From the NCBI GenBank assembly GCA_019057385.1, contig JAHQJS010000001.1:51825-74770 (forward strand): a stretch of DNA of 22,946 nucleotides. The letters are read 5' to 3'. How positions within the stretch are numbered: position 1 is the first letter of the stretch; the number at the start of each line of letters is the position of its first letter. A program made the translations under genes and the position numbers. Shown one piece after another: positions 1-8,655 of this stretch. The notes under the pieces were generated by a model. It ran no database searches and was not told the DNA's origin. It worked only from the letters and a program-made list of their open reading frames with translations. Origin of the DNA: Candidatus Borrarchaeum weybense. Lineage in GTDB: Archaea > Asgardarchaeota > Sifarchaeia > Borrarchaeales > Borrarchaeaceae.

Positions 1-48
1 GACTGGTGTTCCTCGTTGTCTGGCGACTGGTGTTCCTCGTTGTCTGGC
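1..48. repeat. Exact 24-bp tandem repeat x2 (GACTGGTGTTCCTCGTTGTCTGGC), encoding ARQRGTPV twice
   Basis: Directly visible at 1-24 and 25-48; may continue beyond the window. Confidence 0.95.
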
Positions 49-759
49 AGCTTGAATTCTTTCAAAGGTTGCTGCAGGAGCACCCATGGCCATTGGCCTT
101 AGTTGAGCACCCAAAGCACGTTCCTGTCTTTGTTGCAACTTTTCTCTTATTCCTCCGGCTAAGCCGTATATATCTCTTAATGCCGTTCCCGCCATTCCAG
201 CGAGTGGAGCAAACGGGCCAAGGAAGGCTCCCGCCACTCCTTTCACTCCTCTTTCAACTCCAGCGGTAACTCCTGGCATTGTTCGACGAAGGAAGGGAAC
301 AACCCCCTCACGAGTATTTCGACGTGCTCTTGATGCTCCCTTCACAACCATTTCTTTTGTTATATTTAAATCTTGAGGTGAAATTCCTGTTTCTTTGGTG
401 ACCTTTTCTATCCTCTGTCGCGTAGCTGCAACTTTTGTTGACTGTTCCAAAAAGAATTCTTTTTGGTTGTTCAGAGTTTCTATATGCTGAGTTAGATTCT
501 CTACATCCTCCTTAGCCATAGAACCTGAGGAAAGAACACTATCCAGTAAAGATACGGCCTTCTTTGTCTCAACTATAGCTGTATCAACTTGCTTTCCTTG
601 TCTACTAGCACCATATAACTTACGTAAATTATCAAAGAAGCCAAGATAGTCTCGCATCAGCTTAGTCCTCAAAGCTTTCAAAGTTTGATTAGTAAACTGA
701 TCTGGAGCATTCAGCCTATACTTTCCCGGAGCAACATAAAATCTTTTCTTAGCAGGCAT
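1..759 (-). CDS. Probable tape measure protein, N-terminal part (runs off the left edge)
   Basis: Not in the ORF track. Manual translation from ATG at 759 (TAATG overlap with the upstream stop) is open for 253 codons to position 1: MPAKKRFYVAPGKY...GVAGAFLGPFAPLAGMAGTAL...ARQRGTPVARQRGTPV. It is helical and Ala/Gly-rich with a hydrophobic segment, and lies directly after the tube and chaperone genes. Confidence 0.65.
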   Translation of the reverse strand, partial: MPAKKRFYVAPGKYRLNAPDQFTNQTLKALRTKLMRDYLGFFDNLRKLYGASRQGKQVDTAIVETKKAVSLLDSVLSSGSMAKEDVENLTQHIETLNNQKEFFLEQSTKVAATRQRIEKVTKETGISPQDLNITKEMVVKGASRARRNTREGVVPFLRRTMPGVTAGVERGVKGVAGAFLGPFAPLAGMAGTALRDIYGLAGGIREKLQQRQERALGAQLRPMAMGAPAATFERIQAARQRGTPVARQRGTPV

Positions 760-962
760 TACTTTCCCTTCAAGCTCTCTTTAAGACGCTCTTCTTCATC
801 TCTCAATTGTTTAAGTAATCTTCCATGATGCCAATCCAGTATTCTCGATTCAACATTCCTCATACTTCCAATAGTAAACCCACCTCCTCCATAGTAGGCT
901 AAATCAAATTCCCTCTCCAAAAGCATCTCCAAGGGCTTCGCCATCTGGATAAAGGTAGTCAA
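759..962 (-). CDS. Small gp51-like / tail assembly chaperone second-frame protein (start uncertain: TTG 962, ATG 926, or reached by frameshift)
   Basis: LLEREFDLAYYGGGGFTIGSMRNVESRILDWHHGRLLKQLRDEEE resembles the short helical ORF that follows gp26-like genes in T4-like phages. It overlaps the upstream gene in the +1 frame and is coupled to the next ATG. Confidence 0.6.
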   Translation of the reverse strand: MTTFIQMAKPLEMLLEREFDLAYYGGGGFTIGSMRNVESRILDWHHGRLLKQLRDEEERLKESLKGK

Positions 963-1632
963 GTCGAAAGGGCACCTCCAAGTCTTCCTCCTTCTTGCAC
1001 ACAGGACACTGAACAGTTGTTCTCATATCAGGTCCATGCACAAACTTTTGGTGGAACCATCTAATTTTGGCTAGATCCTTAGCCTTTAACTTGCTAAGTT
1101 GGTTCATCCTATCCATCACATCCATATCACTAACTATTGACTTAGCGAAACGAAATAGATGACCATCCTCATGATTTGGATTGGATTCATATCTTTCGAT
1201 TTCCAACTCATCCGCAACAGTGAACAAACGAAGTTTTATCTCTTTTCCAGCGACTGGAAGCTTCACGGAGTAAGGTTGCTGGAAATCATCTGGGAGTTCA
1301 ATCAAGTTTAACTTAGTTAAATCCACCTCGACTTGAACGTCTCTAAGGCAGTGACTGCATACCATCTTGACTTTGATAACTTCAGTATAGGAGTTCATAC
1401 ACTCCCAAATCATGATGTAAAATCTATCGCCCAGAGTTAGTTTCTTAGCGTCTATGCCTTGAATGACATTTTGGAGGACCTGGAGATATTTTGATTCCAG
1501 ATTGATGGGATTGATTTCAGCTAAAAATATTTCATCTTTAGCTTGGTAAGGTCTTATTGTGATGTCCTCTGGATTAACATCATAAGTCAAACATTTTGAT
1601 GGTAAATTTATCGGTAAAAATTCACTCATCAT
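904..1632 (-). CDS. T4 gp26-like baseplate hub / tail assembly chaperone
   Basis: Two repeats of the LP..G..I.[IL]R.[YF]...DE motif (INLPSK..ITIRPYQAKDE; VKLPVAGKEIKLRLFTVADE), two CxxC pairs (CSHC, CPVC), and LTLGDRFY. SD AAGGAG upstream. Confidence 0.75.
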   Translation of the reverse strand: MMSEFLPINLPSKCLTYDVNPEDITIRPYQAKDEIFLAEINPINLESKYLQVLQNVIQGIDAKKLTLGDRFYIMIWECMNSYTEVIKVKMVCSHCLRDVQVEVDLTKLNLIELPDDFQQPYSVKLPVAGKEIKLRLFTVADELEIERYESNPNHEDGHLFRFAKSIVSDMDVMDRMNQLSKLKAKDLAKIRWFHQKFVHGPDMRTTVQCPVCKKEEDLEVPFRLDYLYPDGEALGDAFGEGI

Positions 1633-1652
1633 TTCTCTCCTTTCTCAATTAA

Positions 1653-2354
1653 TTATGCGAAAAAAGTTCCGCCAGTAGTGGGAGTTTTATTCAACCCGGG
1701 AGTAGTATTCAACCCCGCCCATTGCCTACTACTCAAAGGTTTGCGTCCTATACTCCCTAACATATCCTTTGTCTTACTGGCTACACTTCCTACTATACTT
1801 GATACACCCTCAGTAATTGAACCAATGAAGCTTGTTGGCTCTATAGAGTCAACGCTCATATCAATTGTTAAAATAGATACACTTTCACTATCATACGATA
1901 AAGTGAATCTTGGTTTTGTTCGCGGGAATGTTCCTTTCAACTTAAATTTTACAGACTCGATACCTGTCCTGTCATACAACATAACATAGATATCTCTCTT
2001 GTAGTTATTCTTTGGATGATAATATCCCTCTTTGTCCACAATCAATTCGTGCCAGCCATAGAAGTAACTAGTCACTGAGTTATCTACCGGAACCAGAAAT
2101 GACAAGGTTACAGTATTAATCTCTTGGAGGCCGGCATAAAATCTTCGATATGGTCCATATCTAATCGATGATATTTCTGTTATGCTATAGTCACCAAATC
2201 TTACTTCTTGACAATATTGTGAGACCAGAATTCCAATAAGTCCTCTTATGTCATGAGGCATTATTAGTTGCCAATTGTAAGATCTCTGCAGCAACCAAAC
2301 TCTTCTAAGAACATTGCCTGCCAGGCCTGATAAATCAAAACCTATTTGCTGCAT
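1653..2354 (-). CDS. Tail-tube-like baseplate / tube initiator protein (gp48/gp54-like)
   Basis: Tube-fold pattern paralleling the adjacent tube gene (SYNWQL, YFYGWHELIV, YKRDIYVMLYDRTG, FKLKGTFP, LSYDSE); position next to the tube gene. Confidence 0.7.
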   Translation of the reverse strand: MQQIGFDLSGLAGNVLRRVWLLQRSYNWQLIMPHDIRGLIGILVSQYCQEVRFGDYSITEISSIRYGPYRRFYAGLQEINTVTLSFLVPVDNSVTSYFYGWHELIVDKEGYYHPKNNYKRDIYVMLYDRTGIESVKFKLKGTFPRTKPRFTLSYDSESVSILTIDMSVDSIEPTSFIGSITEGVSSIVGSVASKTKDMLGSIGRKPLSSRQWAGLNTTPGLNKTPTTGGTFFA

Positions 2355-2370
2355 TACTCAACCTCTTAGA

Positions 2371-2886
2371 TTAAGATTGCTCTTCCCAGTAATCATATGA
2401 GAAGGTTACATTATAGACCACATTTCCCTCAGCCTCGTACGCCAAAGGAACATCATCTATAGCTTGGACATAACAACCTACCAGTTTAATCTTTGCAAAA
2501 ACTGTTCCTTGTGGGTTCAGCAAGCGGAGATGGATATTTGTTTTGATTGTCGAATCAGGACCACCAGTACCAAGTCGATCATTAACTATAGCTTGATTCC
2601 AAGCATGGAGTGCATCGAAAACTTTCTTATCCAGGCCTTCAACAAAAGTAACTGGAAAAGCATGAGACATAGTCAACTTCCCTGGATATTTAATTCCAGC
2701 AGTTGCCTTGAATGGTACGAGAATCTCGCCCACACTCCGGCCAGGAATCACAGCACTTTGGCACCTCAATTCCAGTGTTTCAGCATCCCCTCCACCTACT
2801 GGGTTGACTATGATAACTTCCCATAGGTAAGTTTTTGCAGGATCACTAAGGTTATTCTTTAGATTATCCGCTGACATATTTGCCAT
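2371..2886 (-). CDS. Tail tube protein (T4 gp19-like)
   Basis: 171 aa directly after the sheath. Motifs YLWEV, CQSAVIPG, KYPGKL, KLVGCY, LAYE...VTFSYDYWE. SD AAGGAG. Confidence 0.9.
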   Translation of the reverse strand: MANMSADNLKNNLSDPAKTYLWEVIIVNPVGGGDAETLELRCQSAVIPGRSVGEILVPFKATAGIKYPGKLTMSHAFPVTFVEGLDKKVFDALHAWNQAIVNDRLGTGGPDSTIKTNIHLRLLNPQGTVFAKIKLVGCYVQAIDDVPLAYEAEGNVVYNVTFSYDYWEEQS

Positions 2887-2905
2887 TGCTATAACTCCTT
2901 ACTTA

Positions 2906-4564
2906 TTAAAATAATACGCCACGAGCGATAAGTTCTTCGAAGGAAGCTCCAGTTGAGGTTATGATAGACTGCAGTTGAATATATTCCGCAGCCCTTACAG
3001 GCTTAATGAACACATCCACATGCAATTCATTTTGGTCAATTCTCTCAGGAGTATTATTAGTTTCATCACAGACAACATGATATCCTCTATCAGCTCCTTC
3101 AAGCTGGAATGCACCTTGAGCTGACAATCCATCTAAGTAAGAATCCAGCAATGATTCGATCCTGAATCTTGTTATCTCACTATTAGGCTCGAATACAAAC
3201 TGCCTTAAAGCTATTGCCATAGTCTTCTCGATAACAATCAGAAGCCGTCTGACATTAACGCTGCTTAAAGCCGAACCCTTAAACTGCTCAGTCTTCTGAC
3301 CCCAGATAACTCTTCCCTCACCTCTAAACGTTTGGAGAGGATTAATCTGCGCTTGATATAACGTATTTCTTTCGGACAAATTAAAAGCTTTGCCATTTGG
3401 CTTCAAAACTTGGAGAACATCCAGTTGACCTCTATTGAAGCCCGCTGGTGCATCCCAAGGATTGCCAACATAGTCGTTATAAGCAAACTGAGCAGCAATA
3501 TATCCTGATGGTGGAACCTCAAGTAGCAGATCATTATAAGCATCATGTATCTTAGGCCATAGTGAATACAAAGCACAATAACTTGAGTTAAAGTTCTGAG
3601 TATTCTGTCTCCAGGATACCATATCTGTAACCGTACCGGTAGAAGCATAAGGTATATCCAGAATGGCTATACAATCCGCACGGCTCTCCGCCACAGCTTT
3701 TATCTTAGTTTGGACTGAAATATCTGTCTCCCCACCATCAATGAGTATTCTTACATCTACATCATCAGGATTAACAAATTCATCCCATCCAGATACTAAA
3801 TCTGCAGAGGAAATAGCGCTTCCATCACTTCCTTTCAAAAAGTCAAGTCTAGTAGCTTGAGCTTTTGGAAGTTCTGTATCAGGCACATTTCTCGTTCCAC
3901 CGGTTGTGGTAGTATTATCCACTACCAGGATGTATCTACTTACTCCATTAATCTTGTTCTCGAGATATAATTGCTTTCCATGACCATCCACTTTTGTCTT
4001 ACGAGATACTTTATGCCTCTCTACTTCCGACCAGTTACCATCTGCATCTTGATAATATACAACAATTTCAAATGTATATTGATCAGTAGGAACTGGATCG
4101 GTACCATCCTTGATACTCTCAATTTTGATGCCAACCTTGTTATTCCAAGCACCTGGGTTAGCTCCCAAGATTTGGAAAGCAACATCATCAGTATATCCGG
4201 AAGTTATACCTCCCGCTGAAGATGCTTTTCCAACAGAAAAGGCAGCATTACTCTCAGATGAAGAGGAACCCATTATATCAACCCCACCATACAGTGCTCC
4301 GTTCTCCACCCGCAAACAATATAACGTGCTACCTTTAGACAGATATGCAAGAGCAGCGTAGTGGAAGAAGTGCCCAGAAGTCGGATCTGGTTCACCATAC
4401 TCTTCTATAAACTGTTGGTCACTGGTGATGAGTACTATATCATCAACACTTCCCTTAACAGAATACCCTACAATTGCAGCTGATGAGGTAGCAACTCTTG
4501 GTGTTATGTCAGAGATATCTTTTTCTTTAACATATACACCCGGACTGAGAAAAATACCAGCCAT
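2906..4564 (-). CDS. Contractile tail sheath protein (T4 gp18-like)
   Basis: LSPGVYVKEKD N-terminus, PGAWNN, PWDAPAGFNRG, INPL...WGQKT, VNVRRLL, FVFEPN, VVCDETNNTP, IKPVRAAEYI. Confidence 0.97.
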   Translation of the reverse strand: MAGIFLSPGVYVKEKDISDITPRVATSSAAIVGYSVKGSVDDIVLITSDQQFIEEYGEPDPTSGHFFHYAALAYLSKGSTLYCLRVENGALYGGVDIMGSSSSESNAAFSVGKASSAGGITSGYTDDVAFQILGANPGAWNNKVGIKIESIKDGTDPVPTDQYTFEIVVYYQDADGNWSEVERHKVSRKTKVDGHGKQLYLENKINGVSRYILVVDNTTTTGGTRNVPDTELPKAQATRLDFLKGSDGSAISSADLVSGWDEFVNPDDVDVRILIDGGETDISVQTKIKAVAESRADCIAILDIPYASTGTVTDMVSWRQNTQNFNSSYCALYSLWPKIHDAYNDLLLEVPPSGYIAAQFAYNDYVGNPWDAPAGFNRGQLDVLQVLKPNGKAFNLSERNTLYQAQINPLQTFRGEGRVIWGQKTEQFKGSALSSVNVRRLLIVIEKTMAIALRQFVFEPNSEITRFRIESLLDSYLDGLSAQGAFQLEGADRGYHVVCDETNNTPERIDQNELHVDVFIKPVRAAEYIQLQSIITSTGASFEELIARGVLF

Positions 4565-4586
4565 CTCAACGCCTCCTATAAAAAGT

Positions 4587-5174
4587 TTATCTTATTTCTG
4601 GTCTCATCAATTCTAATGATTTCACCTTTGATTTGAAAAATTTAGTCCAATACTTTCTATTAGTATTTACTTTAGCATTGCAACTTCTACACAAAGTTAT
4701 TAAGTTATTAGAATCTAAATTTTCCTTCGCATAATCAATATGATGAATAGATAATTTCTTGCCTTCATCTTCCTGAGTTTTATCACAAAGTTGGCACGTA
4801 TGATTATCTCTTTCTCTAATTGATTCTTTCAATTCTTCATTGAATTCAAATGGATATGGAAAGTTTGAGATTCCTCCTTTCCAATTAAAATTCCTCTCGC
4901 CAAGATGAGAAATTTTCATTTTCTCTTTAGTATCTTCAGAATGATGTCTACCGAACATTGGATTATTTTGTCCAGTTCCATCTCTCTTAGCTTTGCAGAT
5001 GCAGCAGCTGCAGTTTGGTTTGTGGTTCAGAGGTTTCCCTCTATTCCAAGCAGGTTTACCCCTTCTATGATGTGCAGATAAATACTTAGGGATTCCAGTG
5101 TATTTATGATGAGGCTTTATTTCTATTCTGTCGCCGCAACCGCAGGTGCAAAAATGTAAATAGTATTTGATCAC
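4587..5174 (-). CDS. Free-standing NUMOD3-HNH homing endonuclease
   Basis: CTCGCG N-terminus; NUMOD3-like NPMFGRHHSEDTKEKM; NWKGG; HNH core IRERDNHTCQLC...IHHIDY...NNLITLCRSCN. Confidence 0.9.
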   Translation of the reverse strand: MIKYYLHFCTCGCGDRIEIKPHHKYTGIPKYLSAHHRRGKPAWNRGKPLNHKPNCSCCICKAKRDGTGQNNPMFGRHHSEDTKEKMKISHLGERNFNWKGGISNFPYPFEFNEELKESIRERDNHTCQLCDKTQEDEGKKLSIHHIDYAKENLDSNNLITLCRSCNAKVNTNRKYWTKFFKSKVKSLELMRPEIR

Positions 5175-5590
5175 TGCAGCTCTGGCCTCAATTTCACATC
5201 TATAATAAACTGCTCGGTGTAATGTCGGTTGTTCTTTCCAATGTAATCCCTATGGAAAGTGACTTTGGTTACCTTATTTTTCTTTATCGACCATTTCCCA
5301 AACATCTTATTCAAATCATCATCACTTATTCTATCTAAAAATTGATTGACAGTGACTTTCCTTTTGCCCCAAAAATTCTCAGGGTCTTTATGGCGAATCT
5401 CAACTTTCCCCCACATCTTAATTCGCTCTAACCATCCTGGTATAGTAACATCAAAAGTACAAGGGAGAATTTCTGGAGTAGCTATCTCATCGCGCATCCG
5501 ATCTAATTCAGTTGCGGTCAAGGTTTCTTCCAGAGTTGGTCCCTTATCTCCCTGGAGCAGAATGTCATATAAAACAGTATCCATCATCAT
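5171..5590 (-). CDS. Hypothetical protein
   Basis: 139-aa ORF with ATGA overlaps on both sides; no recognisable family. Confidence 0.7.
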   Translation of the reverse strand: MMMDTVLYDILLQGDKGPTLEETLTATELDRMRDEIATPEILPCTFDVTIPGWLERIKMWGKVEIRHKDPENFWGKRKVTVNQFLDRISDDDLNKMFGKWSIKKNKVTKVTFHRDYIGKNNRHYTEQFIIDVKLRPELQ

Positions 5591-5850
5591 CCTTCTACCT
5601 TTAGTGAGACGACTTTATCTTCAGGAACATTATATTTTTTCATTAAATATTCCAAGTCGTCACTAGATTCTACCGTTTCAGGTTTTCCTCTTCCTTTATC
5701 ATCCCAATAACCATATCGTGGTATCACCATCGCAACTTTACCTGTCTTAGCATCTATGGCTTCAAACGACTTTCCAAAGTCAGTAATAAATCCCTTCCCG
5801 GTAGGTTCAAATTCATTAACTATTCTTTCATACAATTCGTTATCCATCAC
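5587..5850 (-). CDS. Hypothetical protein with leader-like N-terminus (MDNELYERIVNE); likely start ATG 5847
   Basis: Coupled to both neighbours; GGAG upstream; no recognisable family. Confidence 0.7.
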   Translation of the reverse strand: MMDNELYERIVNEFEPTGKGFITDFGKSFEAIDAKTGKVAMVIPRYGYWDDKGRGKPETVESSDDLEYLMKKYNVPEDKVVSLKVEG

Positions 5851-6788
5851 TCCACCTTGTATATAGATCCATCTGCGACAGAACTTTGTAATGTTTCGGT
5901 TACTTTAACAGAAGTTACATCACTGGCATATCCAGAACTAACCACAGTATAGATTCCATCATTTCCTGTAGAATTCTGAATCCTAAACTTCTCGCCGGCA
6001 GAGAAGTCTCCTGGGAAGTTACCAAAGATTTTCACGAGGTTGTTAGTAAGATCTATCTCATAAATATCATATAAGTTTCTTCTAAAGAACCTTAGAGCAG
6101 CTTCCAGTTCGGTATTCTGATCCGAATCATCAACAATGATTTCCTCATAATTCTCAACTTGATCTTTATCGTAGAATGTTACAACTATCTTGCTTATCGT
6201 CTTGAAGCTAAGACCTCTGAATATCCAGGCATCGATCTTGATAGGCATCTTGAAGCAAAAAACTATTCCTTTTTCAAATTCTTCAGGAACAGTAGATTCA
6301 TCAACAATATCCCCAAGATGAATATCTGGAGTAATCTCATATAGGTCATTATATTTAAGCGAAACTTTGGGATTGTCTTGCTGCCAGAATATATAATCCT
6401 CCATGCATTCATAAATCTTATCTAAATCTTTGCTCCAAAACCAAACATTATATCTCAAATCCACTGGAACAGCTTTGACGTGTGCAGTTTCTTGAGTAGT
6501 GGAACTTGTCGAAACCCACATTCCCCTTCTTGAAACAACACTTCTATTTCTATCCCAACTAAAACTTGTTCCTTCTCTATAAAAATTTATGAACTCTAGA
6601 AAATTTTCTCCCCGCTTCTCGGCGGCGATTCTCATAGCCGTGTCTTTTGGAAATTGAAATACTCCCTCATTAATATTTTCCTCTTCTATGCTATGCTGAG
6701 TATCAATTCCCAAATTAGATCCAAATCGATCATAGATAAGGAGTTTCAGGGCTAAGTCATAGCTTCTTAAGAAAGAACTATTCGCCAT
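5847..6788 (-). CDS. Tail terminator / sheath stabiliser (T4 gp15-like) with an extra C-terminal beta domain
   Basis: VKAVPVDLRYNVWFWSKDLDKIYECMEDY matches the gp15-type pattern; located between the neck and sheath genes. Confidence 0.65.
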   Translation of the reverse strand: MANSSFLRSYDLALKLLIYDRFGSNLGIDTQHSIEEENINEGVFQFPKDTAMRIAAEKRGENFLEFINFYREGTSFSWDRNRSVVSRRGMWVSTSSTTQETAHVKAVPVDLRYNVWFWSKDLDKIYECMEDYIFWQQDNPKVSLKYNDLYEITPDIHLGDIVDESTVPEEFEKGIVFCFKMPIKIDAWIFRGLSFKTISKIVVTFYDKDQVENYEEIIVDDSDQNTELEAALRFFRRNLYDIYEIDLTNNLVKIFGNFPGDFSAGEKFRIQNSTGNDGIYTVVSSGYASDVTSVKVTETLQSSVADGSIYKVE

Positions 6789-7038
6789 CTTCTACGCCCC
6801 TCAAAATCTTTATGAAATACTTCACAACCAAATCTTCAAACTCTCTGGTTGGGCAAGCCAAGTTAGTTTTTACCCATTGCTCGGCGAACAATTCTGGACC
6901 CGTCCCGAGAATAATATCTTTAGCATCCTTATAACTTTTGTACATCATAAGAGACGCCATTAAAGCGCTCTGGTGAAATAGAAAATCAGCAGGACAACTA
7001 GGATCACATTCTAATTGTAGTTTAACCTTAAAATCCAT
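6778..7038 (-). CDS. Hypothetical protein
   Basis: 86-aa ORF overlapping both neighbours in the operon. Confidence 0.65.
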   Translation of the reverse strand: MDFKVKLQLECDPSCPADFLFHQSALMASLMMYKSYKDAKDIILGTGPELFAEQWVKTNLACPTREFEDLVVKYFIKILRGVEDGE

Positions 7039-7241
7039 TAGTCGAGCAATCTTGTTTTGCCCTCACTTTCGTTAACTTCAGTAAGATCCCGAGTAAAGGA
7101 CACCTGTCCTTTCAACTCATCTTCGTTGGTTATACTAACATTCTCAAGAGAAGATCCACTAGGAAGATCAACTTGTTGTCCATTCTTAAGTTTTAATGGA
7201 ACAGTCTTCTGAGAAATATTTTGTATTCTTTTAGCTTTCAT
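7038..7241 (-). CDS. Small hypothetical protein, possibly virion-associated
   Basis: 67 aa, SD AAGGGAG; short beta-rich domain (RIQNISQKTVPL...QVDLPSG). Confidence 0.7.
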   Translation of the reverse strand: MKAKRIQNISQKTVPLKLKNGQQVDLPSGSSLENVSITNEDELKGQVSFTRDLTEVNESEGKTRLLD

Positions 7242-7253
7242 TACTCTCCCTTC

Positions 7254-7742
7254 TTATGCCTGAACCCTTCTTGGAACAGCCGAGTAGGTTTTTCTTATAA
7301 CTGCGTCTTGCATTCCCTTACTCGCCGCATTTACTATTTCAAATTGTTCAGCTCCCTTATAATTTCCAGGAATGAATTCCGGCTCTATCTCAAAATAACT
7401 TCTTCTGCAGACATCAATGCTTACTACTTGCCCAGCATTTGCTCCAGAGATAGCCGTAGCTTTATTACCAAACCAAACTAATATTGGCAGCACATCCTCT
7501 GTAAATAGACCTAACTTCTTTAGTCTATATAAACTTGGATTCCAGTTAATGAAAATTTTAGCTGAGTAGCTATCAAAACTATAATCACTTGGTGTAGCAA
7601 ATACATCAAGTTTTTCCGCCGTGTTATATGATGATGTAGTAGGAATATACAAAGTACAGTCCATTCCAATAGCATCTAAAGCTACATCAACGTAGTCTCG
7701 AAGTACATCAATCGTCTCTCTTGGAAACATTCGCGTAGTCAT
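7254..7742 (-). CDS. Head closure / neck protein (T4 gp14-like)
   Basis: LRDYVDVALDAIGMDCTLYIP and LKKLGLFTED resemble gp14-type motifs; located upstream of the gp15-like gene. Confidence 0.6.
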   Translation of the reverse strand: MTTRMFPRETIDVLRDYVDVALDAIGMDCTLYIPTTSSYNTAEKLDVFATPSDYSFDSYSAKIFINWNPSLYRLKKLGLFTEDVLPILVWFGNKATAISGANAGQVVSIDVCRRSYFEIEPEFIPGNYKGAEQFEIVNAASKGMQDAVIRKTYSAVPRRVQA

Positions 7743-7743
7743 A

Positions 7744-8655
7744 TCATACTCCCATAATACTCTTGATTTTGCTCACCTCATCTGGAGTTATTTCCTCATC
7801 CTTAAGAAGTTCCTCTAATTCCTTTATGATTGTCATATACTGGTAACGAGCTATAAACTTAAAAGCCGCATTCATATCTCTCCAGTCATTAACCAGCTTT
7901 GTGTTCTTGAGGTCTTCCCACGACTTGATAGCCTTATTTCCAAGCCTTCTCAACTCAACCCAATTCTTTCTCTTTAGGTGCAAACTCTCTATATCCTTTT
8001 CAATATCCTCAAGTTTGCCTTTTAATCGAACACGAAGTTTTTCCTGAGCTTCTTTTGGTAGCCGAGGCAAAACACCATGGATTGTTTCATAGTCGATTAC
8101 ATCCCTCTTTAATTCGCCTATAACTATATCCGTTCCCTGAACAGCATTTTTTATGTCATCGCCAATATTTGAAAAGTCTTCATAAGGATCGAAATCCATT
8201 GGAACTATTCTAGGACCTTTTTTCCATTCATCGTTTTGAACATCATATACAGAATCGGAAAGGTGGTCAATATGTGATTGTAGCTGCACAAAAACTTCGA
8301 TCCTATGTTTGTCTACAAAAGCATCTATCTCCTCAGCATGCTCATCGAACCAAACTTTCGTCTCTTTTTGCTTTTCCTCAGTCCATGCACTAATATCCTT
8401 GGGAACAATATGGACGTCGATATCCGCATCTTCAGTGTAAAGATTCGTACCAATAGATCCTACTATCCTAATTTCCTCTGCTATATCTACCAGGTCAACT
8501 GGTTCATAAGCTTTAAGAACATCGAATATCTTTTCTTTAACCTCTGGCCTTAGAATATATTTATCTTCACTCTTTTGCCAAACAGATAAATCCAAATCTT
8601 CTTGAGGAAAGTCAATTAAAGATTCTTTTAAGATTTTTTCGAGAAGATTTCTCAT
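7744..8655 (-). CDS. Pol-beta superfamily nucleotidyltransferase with a C-terminal helical region
   Basis: Signature hG[S]x(8-13)DhDh seen as IVGSIGTNLYTEDADIDVHIV; third acidic residue in IEVFVQ; SVYDV..DEW..GP. Confidence 0.85.
   Translation of the reverse strand: MRNLLEKILKESLIDFPQEDLDLSVWQKSEDKYILRPEVKEKIFDVLKAYEPVDLVDIAEEIRIVGSIGTNLYTEDADIDVHIVPKDISAWTEEKQKETKVWFDEHAEEIDAFVDKHRIEVFVQLQSHIDHLSDSVYDVQNDEWKKGPRIVPMDFDPYEDFSNIGDDIKNAVQGTDIVIGELKRDVIDYETIHGVLPRLPKEAQEKLRVRLKGKLEDIEKDIESLHLKRKNWVELRRLGNKAIKSWEDLKNTKLVNDWRDMNAAFKFIARYQYMTIIKELEELLKDEEITPDEVSKIKSIMGV

Noticed and set aside
1-48. 24-bp direct repeat as a CRISPR array
   Set aside because: The copies are adjacent with no spacer and are in frame within a coding region.
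904-4564. Tailocin / extracellular contractile injection system
   Set aside because: Capsid, prohead protease, neck proteins and tRNAs show this is a complete phage morphogenesis region.
4565-5174. Group I intron or intein hosting the HNH
   Set aside because: The flanking genes appear complete, and there is almost no non-coding sequence around the ORF for an intron core.
7744-8655. Nucleotidyltransferase as a CBASS cyclase, MNT-HEPN antitoxin or CCA-adding enzyme
   Set aside because: No adjacent effector, Cap or HEPN gene, and no class II CCA motifs (e.g. RRD) were seen. Only superfamily-level assignment is supportable.
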